Source of the DNA: Parachlamydiales bacterium
GTDB taxonomy: Bacteria > Chlamydiota > Chlamydiia > Chlamydiales > JAEMRK01
Reading direction: 5' to 3'
Assembly (NCBI GenBank): GCA_016463375.1
Contig: JAEMRK010000002.1
Location: 259 to 64,258 of the forward strand
Length of the DNA stretch: 64,000 nucleotides
The translations under genes were made by a program, and so were the position numbers. Below, in pieces: positions 34,982 to 44,812 of this stretch. The notes under the pieces were generated by a model. It did no database searches. It was not told where the DNA came from and saw nothing but the letters and a program-made list of their open reading frames with translations. Every line of letters begins with the position of its first letter. The stretch's first letter is position 1.

Positions 34982-37900
34982 ATGTCGCGCTTATCTCACA
35001 GATCACGTTCTGCGCCCATACCCGTATTGGATATTCCAGCCAAAGCAAATCGCTTACTAAATCTCATTATGATCGTTTTGGTGCTGTACAGTGTGCGTAT
35101 CTGGCATTTAACAGTCATTCAATATGACGATCGCGTTGAAGATTCTCGTAAACCTCAAAGAAGAGTTATCATTGAACGTGCTGAAAGAGCGACAATCAGA
35201 GATCGATTCAATATTCCTCTGGCCATCAATCAAGTTCAGTACAACGCAGCTATTTCATACGCACAAATCCGAGAAGTACCCGCTATTATTTGGCGAAAAA
35301 ACGAAAATGGCGTCAGAGTTAAAACTTTGACTCGCAAAGCGCATATCACAAATCTGTCTAAAGTCTTGGCCAAAGAATTATCGATGAACGCAGAGCGGAT
35401 TGAAGATATCATCCACAGTAAAGCGGCTTTACTTTACAACGCACCATTCATCATTAAAGAAGACATCAGCGAAAAAGAATACTACCGTTTAAAAATGCTG
35501 GAAAAAGATTGGCTTGGTATTCATGTCGAAAGAATGCCTCGGAGGTTTTACCCACAAGGTAAAACTGCAGGAGACGTTGTTGGTTACATAGGTCCTATCA
35601 GTCGATCACAATATGATGCTGTTCTTTTGGAAATACAATGCTTAGAAGAAATCGTAAAAGCTAAAGAACTTGGAGAGCCGTTTACATTGCCCATTGGCAT
35701 GGAAACGGCAAGTGAAGCTATTGCGAGACTAAAAGATCTTCAAGAAAGAGCTTATACAATTAGTGATTGCGTGGGCAAAGCAGGTGTTGAAGCGATGTAT
35801 GATGCCCAGCTTAGAGGATATAGGGGGAAAAAAACTTATTACTCAGATATTCGAGGCAATTTTTTAAGAGAATTACCAGGATCAAAAGAACCATTATCAG
35901 GTCAGCGTTATTTACTGACAATTTCTTCAGAACTTCAAGAATATGCCGAGCGTCTTTTAACAATTGCTGAAAGGTTAAGAGATAACCGCTGTTCAGTCTA
36001 CAATAGAGAAACTGGTACTCACGAACCGGTTAAACAACCCTGGATTAAAGGCGGAGCTATTGTTGCAATAGATCCTAATAATGGCGAAGTTTTGGCAATG
36101 GCATCTCATCCACGCTTTGATCCTAACGACTTTATAGCGACGACTGAGGGTTTTCAGGATAAACAACTCTCGATAAAAAAATGGTTAGAGACAGATGGAC
36201 ATATAAGTGATTTATGGGACCGGAAAAAATCTTTAGAAAGAGAAAATTTTGTTCTAGCTAAAGGTGAATACGCAAATGAACTACAAACGCTCACCTGGGA
36301 TAGTTATCTCGCTACGATTTTACCAAAAGACAATCAAGTACGATTAAGGCTTGCTCAATTTAATACAGTTCTTGATAGCATTGTCATTCAAAAAGCTTTA
36401 GAAACAATTGAAGATGAACTCGATCGCGAGGGTCTACAACTATTAATAAAAACACTACCAGACTCATTTAATTCATCGACCCAAGACGGAAAACTTGCTT
36501 ATAGACATCTACAAGAAGTTTTAACACCTTTAAAAACTGCCTACAATCGCTTTTTATTTTTAGATTTACTAAGAGTTGCTGTAGACCATCATCTTTTTTA
36601 TTCTCACCTTTACCCCATTGTTCAAAACTTTACTTTAAGTCAGCACAGAGAATCTGAATCAGCTCTTGCAATGATTGAAGACATTGTAAAAAAAATGGCA
36701 AAAGATCTTTATAGAGATCACACTTTTTCTAAATGGCGCACAGAACATCAAGACGAATACTTAAAAGAAAAAAGGGAAGAAGAAAAGCTTCGTAAATTAT
36801 ACAAAAAACCCTTCATTGATTATTTAGACCGTAAAGAAAATGAATTATTTAGTGCATTCTGGCAAGAAAATCGCTCTGATTTATTAACAATGTTTCTTTT
36901 AGGAAAAAATGAAAATACTATCAAAGATGAGTTAAGTCTTTATCAAAGACATTTTCAAACATGGCAACAAGAGCTATCAAGCGGTGCTCACGCACAAACG
37001 GCTTGGAATTGGGCCTATCATCATCTAAACAAAATGTTATCGGCATTATCACTTCAACAAGCAGCAGATTACCTACAAACTTTAAGATCTTATGATCAAC
37101 TTAACCGTCCCCTCCTAACACGCTACAGTGGCTTAAAAAATGAAAAAAATTTCCAACTTGAAAAGCATCTAGCCGCAGCTTTTTATCCTCAAAATGGCTA
37201 TGGTTACGTTCGATCACAAGCTTACAGACAAGTGGCATCTCAAGGTTCTATTTTTAAACTTGTCACAACTTATGCTTCTTTAATGCAAGAATCTAATGGA
37301 GAGAAGGCTCAATCCCCTTTCACAATTGTCGATGATTTACATCGCTCACCAGGAAAAAAAGGATGGAATGTTGGTTACACAACGGATAAAAAACCAATTC
37401 CACAAATTTATAAAGGGGGCCGTTTGCCAAGAAGCGCTCACGCGCATATTGGACAAATTGATCTAGTCGGAGCATTAGAAACGTCTAGTAATCCTTATTT
37501 CTCAATTCTTGCAGGTGAGGTTATCGATGACCCTCAAAAGCTAATCGATGCTGCTAAATCTTTAGGGTACGGATCTAAAACTGGCATTGATTTACCTGGT
37601 GAGTCTTCAGGGCATCTGCCAGATGATCTTCATACTAATAAAACGGGTTTATATGCATTTGCAATTGGTCATCATTCTTTAACGTGTACCCCATTACAAA
37701 CAGCTGTCATGGTATCAGCCATTGCTAATGGCGGTAATGTTGTTAAACCAAAAATTGTCCATTTAACAGCTGGTAAAGAGCCGATCCGTGGATCTGCTCT
37801 TATTTACAGTAAAGACAATTTCGCTTTTAAAGATCCTTTAGAACTAGCCGGTATTGATTTTCCACTTTTTACAGCTGCTGAAAAAGAGAGGGAGAAAAAT

Positions 37901-38344
37901 CTAATTAATTATATTCCTGACCAGTTGGCTAGAAAAATTCCCTTACCACAATCGATTCGTCAAATGATGCTTCAAGGTATGCGACAAGCCGTTATTGGTA
38001 CAAGAGGTACGGCGCGATGGCAAATGATTAGATCTTTTGGATCATATCCGGAAGCTTTAAAAGACTATAAAGAAATTGCCCCTTGCTTTTTAGGAAAAAC
38101 GAGCACAGCTGAAAAAGTCGAACGCATTGATATGGACGAAGAAAACGGCAAGAAAATGATCAATCACATTGGTTTTGCAGCTATTTCATTCGAAGATGAA
38201 GTCAAAGCTCCATTTACAGCTAAGCCAGAACTGATAGTTATTGTATATCTTAGATATGGTGATTACGGAAAAGAAGCTGCGCCATTAGCTGCACAAATAG
38301 TCAAAAAATGGCGCGAAATTAAACTTAAGTATAGCAAAAAATAG
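34982..38344 (+). CDS. mrdA: Penicillin-binding protein 2 (class B transpeptidase), chlamydial long form
   Basis: N-terminal TM anchor. PBP dimerisation module (RATIRDRFNIPLAINQ, GKAGVEAMYDAQLRG, GGAIVAIDPNNGEVLAMASHPRFDPN). Transpeptidase motifs SxxK = SIFK (Ser about 756), SxN = SSN (ETSSNPYF) and KTG-like = KTS (GKTSTAE). An insert of roughly 300+ aa separates the FDPN and SxxK motifs. Confidence 0.85.
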   Translation: MSRLSHRSRSAPIPVLDIPAKANRLLNLIMIVLVLYSVRIWHLTVIQYDDRVEDSRKPQRRVIIERAERATIRDRFNIPLAINQVQYNAAISYAQIREVPAIIWRKNENGVRVKTLTRKAHITNLSKVLAKELSMNAERIEDIIHSKAALLYNAPFIIKEDISEKEYYRLKMLEKDWLGIHVERMPRRFYPQGKTAGDVVGYIGPISRSQYDAVLLEIQCLEEIVKAKELGEPFTLPIGMETASEAIARLKDLQERAYTISDCVGKAGVEAMYDAQLRGYRGKKTYYSDIRGNFLRELPGSKEPLSGQRYLLTISSELQEYAERLLTIAERLRDNRCSVYNRETGTHEPVKQPWIKGGAIVAIDPNNGEVLAMASHPRFDPNDFIATTEGFQDKQLSIKKWLETDGHISDLWDRKKSLERENFVLAKGEYANELQTLTWDSYLATILPKDNQVRLRLAQFNTVLDSIVIQKALETIEDELDREGLQLLIKTLPDSFNSSTQDGKLAYRHLQEVLTPLKTAYNRFLFLDLLRVAVDHHLFYSHLYPIVQNFTLSQHRESESALAMIEDIVKKMAKDLYRDHTFSKWRTEHQDEYLKEKREEEKLRKLYKKPFIDYLDRKENELFSAFWQENRSDLLTMFLLGKNENTIKDELSLYQRHFQTWQQELSSGAHAQTAWNWAYHHLNKMLSALSLQQAADYLQTLRSYDQLNRPLLTRYSGLKNEKNFQLEKHLAAAFYPQNGYGYVRSQAYRQVASQGSIFKLVTTYASLMQESNGEKAQSPFTIVDDLHRSPGKKGWNVGYTTDKKPIPQIYKGGRLPRSAHAHIGQIDLVGALETSSNPYFSILAGEVIDDPQKLIDAAKSLGYGSKTGIDLPGESSGHLPDDLHTNKTGLYAFAIGHHSLTCTPLQTAVMVSAIANGGNVVKPKIVHLTAGKEPIRGSALIYSKDNFAFKDPLELAGIDFPLFTAAEKEREKNLINYIPDQLARKIPLPQSIRQMMLQGMRQAVIGTRGTARWQMIRSFGSYPEALKDYKEIAPCFLGKTSTAEKVERIDMDEENGKKMINHIGFAAISFEDEVKAPFTAKPELIVIVYLRYGDYGKEAAPLAAQIVKKWREIKLKYSKK

Positions 38345-41228
38345 CGGATAATTTATTTTTAGCATTTTTATAGATATTAAAATCATTTGATTTTTCATTG
38401 ATAATATTTACAATAACACGGTCTGCAATTGTTGAAAGCGCAGCTGATTCAGGACGTATCGGATTGAGTGACGTTACAACATAAATTGAATGGTATTCGC
38501 TTAAACTATTACTCCATTCGTTAAAACGTCTACTCTGCAAAAGCTCTGGAAGATATCCGTCGCTTGTACAGCTTGTTATTTCGTCGTAATACATCCCTTT
38601 TGAAACTTTTGGACGTTCATCACTCGATTGAGAAAGATATTGTAATAAAGAAGATTGATTTTCAGTAACTGTGTGAGTGCAATCAATAATTAATACTTTA
38701 TGACCACGCTTAGATGCCAACGAGGCCAATTGTTGAATGATGTTTAATGTATTAAATTGAAAAAAGAAAACTAAACGATCATTGATAATACTTTGTGATA
38801 TCGATCTAATAATTGGAAGTGTCGAAACGCCTTTTTTAAGCACTCCAGCAATAGTTAAACCCTGAGCTTTTAAATTTTCAGGAGTTGCTTTAAATCCTTT
38901 CAAAACAGCCTTACCCATTAATGCTACAGCGCACAACATAGCTCCCAACAATATTCCGGCAAGAGTTTTAAAAACTAGATATGGTGGATTAGGAATTGAT
39001 GGATACAATGCAGGTTCTAAAACAAACGAACCTGAACGTTCAAAAATAGTGGATATATTTTTAGCTCCAACAATTTTAGCTAGTTCCTCAATGACTTTTG
39101 AGTTCATCTTAACTTGCATATCAATGCGCTTTTGCTCAAACCAACGCTCTGGAACATTAAGCATACGATGATTTAGATCTTTAAACTGATTACCAATCAA
39201 AAATCTTTCTGATTCTAAAGACTGATGGATATTACCAATTTCTGAAAAAAAACGATTTTCACATATGTACAAACGCTGATTAATGAGATCAAGAAGTGTT
39301 TTACAAATGTTAATATGTTTTTCACGTAATAATAACTCTTGGTCTTTCAATGCTGTTTTTTGTTGAGTCAAATGTTGTTTAAAAAATTCTCGTAGCATTA
39401 ACAATGTTTCTTTAGAGCGGTCATGTTCTTTTGGACTATAATTCTTTTGCTCTGTTAATTGAAGTTGTAGCTCAAGTATACGTTTAAACAAACCTTCGTA
39501 AGCTGCATCTTCTTTGATGTAAGCATTTAATGAACTCAAATTGAAATCTGGATTTTCTATATTATTTAGCAACGAGGCTATGCGTTTTTGCTTAATTGAG
39601 ACGTCTTCAATTTGAGCATTATTATTTTTAAGAATTTTTTGTGCCGTTTCTAACGATAATCCGCTGTATTCTGAATTTGGTGCAGAATTCCATTTAAAGC
39701 GTTCTTCTGTGATTTTTTCTTGAAATTCATAACTACTTTTTAAAGACTCTAAGTATGAAACTAAAAATTTTTGATAAATCAAAATTGTTGAACTCTGATC
39801 TGGTAAAACGTTAGAGTCATTGTTTTGAGTTTCTGTTAGTTTTTCGACCCAAGACCTGACAAGAGATGGCGCTTGTTGCCATTTATTTTCATTCATGTCA
39901 ACAACACCACTTTCAATAGAATCTAGTAATGTGACCGTTTGAGCATGAGCCGAATGAATTTCTTGAAGACTGCGTAAAGAATCCTCTGAAGTTGTTAATG
40001 AGGGTTCTTCAAACTGACCATTTAAAGACAAATTTAATGAGTCTCTTTCTTGCTTAAGCTTGAATATCTCTTTAATAACTACATCAAATAATGAGTTATT
40101 GTTCACTTGATTGATGAGTGGCAAACGTTGAATCTGGCTTTGTTCTAGTTGCTTCATTTGTAAGTCAATTTCCATTTGACGCTTAGTCAATGAAAGCTGC
40201 GACTGAGCTAAAAATTTAACCTCTTCATTTACATCTATCAAACCGCCTTGCTCTAACATGTCTTTAATAGATTTTATAGTTTGATTTTGCATGCCAACGA
40301 GTTTTGACATCGCTTCATTTTGTCTGCTTTCAAGATAGCATACTTGTTTTTGAGTTGTCTTTTGCTGTCTGTTTTTTGTAAATTTTTTGTAATTGCGCAT
40401 GACACTGTTTACAACATTTGATGCAAGCTGAGGATCAGTGTGAGTGAATTCAAGCTTCAAAATTTGCTTCATCTCTTTGTCTCTTTTAATCAAAACAGAC
40501 TTAGCTAAAGAATCCACAACTGCACTAACTGGCAATAATACAAGTTTAAAATTTTTACCTTTTAATGAACTATTACCTGTTGGTTGAATGACAAAAGACC
40601 AATCATCAGTCGTTAATGCTTTATTAGTTTGGCCTTCGTATTTTACGGAAGAGGACTTACAAGTATAAGTTGTGTCCGATGTAAAGTGAATCGAAAGAGT
40701 TGTGCATATAGAACTATCATAAACAACAGAATGACATATTGCATTTTTAGGATAAGTTTTTACTAATAGCTTATTAGGTATTAAACTTCCTGGAGTATAA
40801 ATTTGAGCATCTCTTTTTTCGAATTTACTTTTCCAAAAAGCAAACTCCATTTTAAGATTATCGAAAAACTTTTTAATACGCGATCCCATTCCCAGCTCTG
40901 TCAAAGTTGCTTGTAAATTAAGTTCTTTAACAACTGGTTTTAGCACTGCTAGGGATTGCATCGTATTGACTGCTGCTGATTCTTCTCCCGAATTTCCGAT
41001 ATTTGCTAATAATGATTTTACTTCAGAACCAATTCCTCGGCTAAGACTTGCTTGTTCTTTATATTTGGCACTTGCTGTGTAAAAACATGGTTTTTTCAAA
41101 GAATAAACAAACAAAAAGCCTCCACACAAAAGTGCAGATATCAGTAAAGGCTTAAGAGAATATTTTAATACCTTTATCAAGTCCGAAAAACAAATGAGTA
41201 CTTCATCATCATCTATATCCTGGCTCAT
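38325..41228 (-). CDS. Wzc-like polysaccharide co-polymerase (PCP-2a architecture) with a degenerate BY-kinase domain
   Basis: TM1 (LKPLLISALLCGGFLFVYSL) with a Wzz-type start (KPCFYTASAKYK). A periplasmic region of about 700 aa, largely coiled-coil, is followed by TM2 (FKTLAGILLGAMLCAVALMG). The cytoplasmic domain of about 190 aa aligns to E. coli Wzc (HKVLIIDC ~ KRVLLIDC; PELLQSRRFNEW...YHSIYVV ~ SELLMSERFAELV...YDLVLID) but lacks GK[ST], DxD and DTPP. Start ATG at 41228 overlaps the wza stop (TGATG); the track's start at 41276 is rejected. Confidence 0.7.
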   Translation of the reverse strand: MSQDIDDDEVLICFSDLIKVLKYSLKPLLISALLCGGFLFVYSLKKPCFYTASAKYKEQASLSRGIGSEVKSLLANIGNSGEESAAVNTMQSLAVLKPVVKELNLQATLTELGMGSRIKKFFDNLKMEFAFWKSKFEKRDAQIYTPGSLIPNKLLVKTYPKNAICHSVVYDSSICTTLSIHFTSDTTYTCKSSSVKYEGQTNKALTTDDWSFVIQPTGNSSLKGKNFKLVLLPVSAVVDSLAKSVLIKRDKEMKQILKLEFTHTDPQLASNVVNSVMRNYKKFTKNRQQKTTQKQVCYLESRQNEAMSKLVGMQNQTIKSIKDMLEQGGLIDVNEEVKFLAQSQLSLTKRQMEIDLQMKQLEQSQIQRLPLINQVNNNSLFDVVIKEIFKLKQERDSLNLSLNGQFEEPSLTTSEDSLRSLQEIHSAHAQTVTLLDSIESGVVDMNENKWQQAPSLVRSWVEKLTETQNNDSNVLPDQSSTILIYQKFLVSYLESLKSSYEFQEKITEERFKWNSAPNSEYSGLSLETAQKILKNNNAQIEDVSIKQKRIASLLNNIENPDFNLSSLNAYIKEDAAYEGLFKRILELQLQLTEQKNYSPKEHDRSKETLLMLREFFKQHLTQQKTALKDQELLLREKHINICKTLLDLINQRLYICENRFFSEIGNIHQSLESERFLIGNQFKDLNHRMLNVPERWFEQKRIDMQVKMNSKVIEELAKIVGAKNISTIFERSGSFVLEPALYPSIPNPPYLVFKTLAGILLGAMLCAVALMGKAVLKGFKATPENLKAQGLTIAGVLKKGVSTLPIIRSISQSIINDRLVFFFQFNTLNIIQQLASLASKRGHKVLIIDCTHTVTENQSSLLQYLSQSSDERPKVSKGMYYDEITSCTSDGYLPELLQSRRFNEWSNSLSEYHSIYVVTSLNPIRPESAALSTIADRVIVNIINEKSNDFNIYKNAKNKLSAIFCYT

Positions 41229-42271
41229 CAAATCCCCACAGCAATACGAGTTGATTGAACTGTCGCTACACCACAAAAGCTTGGCAAAAGTTGGTCGATA
41301 AATCTATTCCATTTTGTGATTGGTTTTTCGCTAACATAAACCAAATCGCCTGGCATTAACAACAAACTATGATTGGGTAAATGAATGATGTGATTCCAAT
41401 TCAATACGTAAATTTTAGGTTTCACAATATTGCCACGAATAACTTGTATGCATCCCTTATCACCTGTAAATGGCACGCCACCTGCAGCTACTAAAGCTTC
41501 ACGTAAAGGCAATGACCCCTTGCGTAAAGGTAAAACACTTGGCTTGCCTACCTCACCCATAACCATTGCAGTGGCATCATAAGGATCTGCAATGAAAATT
41601 TTATCATTAGCTTGCATGACAATATTTTGTGTCATGTCGCCTTCATGCATTAACTTATAAAGATCAATAGATAGCGCTTTACCGTTACGTACAACATAAC
41701 TCATGAAGAAATTAGCTTCAGTATTAACAACTGCTTTACATAGAACTTCGTAAAGACGAATACGTCCGTCAACTATGACATAAGGCGACTTAACATTTCC
41801 AATAAGTTCGACAACACGGGCAAGCCTTTCTTTATAATCCACAAATACTTCTACACCGCTTAACTCTTTATTATAAGCATCATTTAAAGTTTTTCTTGCT
41901 TGTCCAAGAGTTAATCCCGCGATTTCAATGGGAGGAAGATCTGGCAAAAAGACCTCCCCATGAATGACACGATACCCGACATTTTTGCTAACATCATCAA
42001 CGACTTTCGATAGATCATCTCTTGAGGGATGAAAAACGGTGATTTTCATCACATCATCTTCAGCAATACGATCTGTATACTCAAGCATTGCATCTTCTTG
42101 AAGAGGATCGACTTCAACGCCCTCCATCTCCAAGATGGAAAACTTACCTTGTCGAATTTTGTAAGAATCAATGACGAATTCATCAGCTCCTTGCAAATCA
42201 TATGTACAAGGAACAGAACAACAGCTTGTTGCTATTAATACCAGAGAGATAATGCTTAAAATACGAAACAT
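41228..42271 (-). CDS. wza: Wza-type outer-membrane polysaccharide export lipoprotein (Poly_export plus SLBB domains)
   Basis: Lipoprotein signal (LVLIATSC|C). Poly_export-like EYTDRIAEDDVMKITVFHPSRDDL. SLBB motifs (VELIGNVKSPYVIVDGRIRLYEVLCKA; VMGEVGKPSVLPLRKGSLPLREALVAAGG). Translationally coupled to the downstream Wzc-like gene. Confidence 0.8.
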   Translation of the reverse strand: MFRILSIISLVLIATSCCSVPCTYDLQGADEFVIDSYKIRQGKFSILEMEGVEVDPLQEDAMLEYTDRIAEDDVMKITVFHPSRDDLSKVVDDVSKNVGYRVIHGEVFLPDLPPIEIAGLTLGQARKTLNDAYNKELSGVEVFVDYKERLARVVELIGNVKSPYVIVDGRIRLYEVLCKAVVNTEANFFMSYVVRNGKALSIDLYKLMHEGDMTQNIVMQANDKIFIADPYDATAMVMGEVGKPSVLPLRKGSLPLREALVAAGGVPFTGDKGCIQVIRGNIVKPKIYVLNWNHIIHLPNHSLLLMPGDLVYVSEKPITKWNRFIDQLLPSFCGVATVQSTRIAVGI

Positions 42272-42400
42272 AATATTATGAAAATCTAGAAAATGCTAAA
42301 AAACAGCAACTATGGCACGAGCCTTCCTTTGTTGCAAAACCTTTTGCAGACTCAGTTCGAGTTTAAGCAAGAGATTTAACCTCACAATAACGTTTTAAAT

Positions 42401-42436
42401 GAGTTAAATTAAAATTATAAAAATTTAATTTAACTC
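42401..42436. repeat. Perfect 13-bp inverted repeat in the wza/sufB divergent intergenic region (candidate operator)
   Basis: GAGTTAAATTAAA-(10 nt)-TTTAATTTAACTC. Lies about 145 nt upstream of the sufB ATG and about 130 nt upstream of the wza ATG. Confidence 0.35.
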
Positions 42437-42580
42437 TAAATGCACTGCTTGTTTTTTTTTATTCAAACCACTAACATATTCATCTTTATACGCTCTAGGT
42501 TATAAATTTAAGCGATATTCAAAATTTTAAGCTACAATAGTTAGCGAACAAGATTTTAACCCCCTAACACTTTGGTTTTT

Positions 42581-44044
42581 ATGGCCCAGCAAACAGCCCA
42601 AGCAGATTCTCTTGATGAGCTTTTAAGCCAAAAGAGTGATTATAAGTATGGCTTTGTCACCCAAATAGAAACTGAAACATGGCCAAAAGGGCTAAATGAA
42701 GACACTATTCGCGCTTTATCTGCTAAAAAAAATGAACCTGAATTTCTTTTAGAATTTAGATTAAAAGCTTATCGTCGGCTTCTTGAACAAAAGGAACCTG
42801 ATTGGGGTCATTTAAATTATACACCAATTGATCTTCAAGAAATTAGTTACTACTCTGCACCTAAGCAAAAGCAACAACTTAATAGTTTATCTGAAGTTGA
42901 TCCAGAGATTTTGGCTACATTTGAAAAATTAGGTATTCCACTCGATGAGCAAAAAAGACTGGCTAATGTTGCTGTAGATGTTGTTTTTGATTCAGTTTCT
43001 ATAGGAACAACTTTTAAAGAAAAGCTTAAAGAAGCTGGTGTTGTCCTCTGTTCCATATCTGAAGCTGTCCAGTTATACCCCGAGCTTGTTAAAAAATATT
43101 TAGGAAGTGTTGTGCCAATTGGTGATAACTTCTACGCAACACTCAACTCAGCTGTATTTACTGACGGTTCATTTGTATACATTCCAAAAGGTGTAAAGTC
43201 CCCCATGGAACTTTCAACTTATTTTAGAATGAACGATAAAGAAACTGGGCAATTTGAAAGAACACTTATTATCGCAGAAGAGAGTTCTTATGTCAGTTAT
43301 TTAGAAGGATGCACTGCACCATCTTATGACAATAATCAGCTGCATGCAGCTGTTGTTGAATTAATCGCCTTGGATAATGCAGAAATTAAATATTCGACAG
43401 TACAAAATTGGTATGCAGGCGATCCTAAGACTGGTAAGGGTGGCATTTTTAATTTTGTGACTAAGCGCGGTCGATGCTTGGGACATCACTCTAAAATATC
43501 TTGGACTCAAGTAGAAGCTGGTGCTGCAATCACTTGGAAATACCCAGCATGTATTTTACAAGGTGATTATAGCGTTGGAGAGTTTTACAGTGTGGCTCTA
43601 ACAAATGGAAAAATGCAAGCCGACACGGGCACTAAAATGATCCATATGGGTAAAAACACTAAATCGACAATTGTATCTAAGGGTATTTCTGCTGATCAAT
43701 CCCATAATAGTTATCGTGGACTTGTAAAAGTATTAAAAGGCGCTGAAGGGGCTCGTAATTACACGCAATGCGATTCAATGCTTGTAGGTAATCAATGTTC
43801 TGCTAACACCTTCCCTTACATCGAAGTATCTAATTCATTATCTCAAGTTGAACATGAGGCATCTACTTCAAAAATAAACGAGGAACAACTCTTTTATTTC
43901 CAATCTCGTGGAATTACAAGAGAAGATGCTGTCAATTTAATTGTTAACGGTTTTTGTAAAAAAGTAATCAAAGAATTGCCCCTTGAATTTGCAGCTGAAG
44001 CGCAAAAATTGCTTGCGATGAAGCTTGAAAACTCTGTGGGATAA
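42581..44044 (+). CDS. sufB: Fe-S cluster assembly scaffold protein SufB
   Basis: Typical SufB sequence ([46 protein letters not shown]) heading the sufBCDS order. ATG at 42581 is preferred over TTG at 42572. Confidence 0.95.
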   Translation: MAQQTAQADSLDELLSQKSDYKYGFVTQIETETWPKGLNEDTIRALSAKKNEPEFLLEFRLKAYRRLLEQKEPDWGHLNYTPIDLQEISYYSAPKQKQQLNSLSEVDPEILATFEKLGIPLDEQKRLANVAVDVVFDSVSIGTTFKEKLKEAGVVLCSISEAVQLYPELVKKYLGSVVPIGDNFYATLNSAVFTDGSFVYIPKGVKSPMELSTYFRMNDKETGQFERTLIIAEESSYVSYLEGCTAPSYDNNQLHAAVVELIALDNAEIKYSTVQNWYAGDPKTGKGGIFNFVTKRGRCLGHHSKISWTQVEAGAAITWKYPACILQGDYSVGEFYSVALTNGKMQADTGTKMIHMGKNTKSTIVSKGISADQSHNSYRGLVKVLKGAEGARNYTQCDSMLVGNQCSANTFPYIEVSNSLSQVEHEASTSKINEEQLFYFQSRGITREDAVNLIVNGFCKKVIKELPLEFAAEAQKLLAMKLENSVG

Positions 44045-44056
44045 CTAAAGGACTTT

Positions 44057-44812
44057 ATGATTGAAATCACAAATCTTCACGCGATGACTAAAGATGGTAA
44101 GGCAATCCTTAAAGGATTGAACCTCACTGTTAATGCCGGTGAAATTCACGCGATCATGGGTCCTAATGGCGCAGGAAAATCGACTCTTGCTAAAGTCATT
44201 TCAGGTCACCCTGATTATGAAATTACAAGTGGCGATATTTTAATGGACGGACAGTCTTTACTCGAAATGGATCCAGAAGATCGTGCGCGTTTAGGGCTAT
44301 TTATGAGTTTTCAATATCCGCCAGAAATTAGCGGCGTAAGCAATAGCGAATTTTTACGATATGCTTACAATGCCGTTTTGAAAGCACGCAATGAAGATGA
44401 AATGTCTGTTGAACAGTTTTCTACATACCTCACGACAAAAATGCTAGAAGTTGAAATGCGTAAAGAATTTACCGAACGCAATGTTAATGAAGGCTTTTCT
44501 GGTGGTGAAAAAAAACGTAACGAAGTCCTGCAATTAGCTGTTCTAAACCCCATGATGGCAATACTTGATGAAACAGACTCAGGGCTTGATATCGATGCGA
44601 TTCGCATTGTATCTCGCGGTGTTAACCGCTGGATGTCTGTAAACAAAGGATTGATATTGATTACTCATTATCAAAGACTACTCGACTACATTCCTCCTCA
44701 CTTTGTACACGTTATGGTTGATGGTCGCATTGTTCAAACAGGACCTGCATCACTTGCTTTAGAACTTGAAGAAAAAGGTTACGACCACTTACTTGCTGTG
44801 GAGGAAGTGTGA
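44057..44812 (+). CDS. sufC: Fe-S cluster assembly ATPase SufC
   Basis: Walker A GPNGAGKSTL, ABC signature FSGGEKKR and Walker B ILDETDSGLD. Confidence 0.95.
   Translation: MIEITNLHAMTKDGKAILKGLNLTVNAGEIHAIMGPNGAGKSTLAKVISGHPDYEITSGDILMDGQSLLEMDPEDRARLGLFMSFQYPPEISGVSNSEFLRYAYNAVLKARNEDEMSVEQFSTYLTTKMLEVEMRKEFTERNVNEGFSGGEKKRNEVLQLAVLNPMMAILDETDSGLDIDAIRIVSRGVNRWMSVNKGLILITHYQRLLDYIPPHFVHVMVDGRIVQTGPASLALELEEKGYDHLLAVEEV

Noticed and set aside
42313-42327. Sigma-54-like promoter TGGCAC-N5-TTCC upstream of sufB
   Set aside because: The -24 element is perfect, but the critical -12 GC dinucleotide reads CC, and the site lies about 250 nt from sufB. A single half-match is expected by chance.
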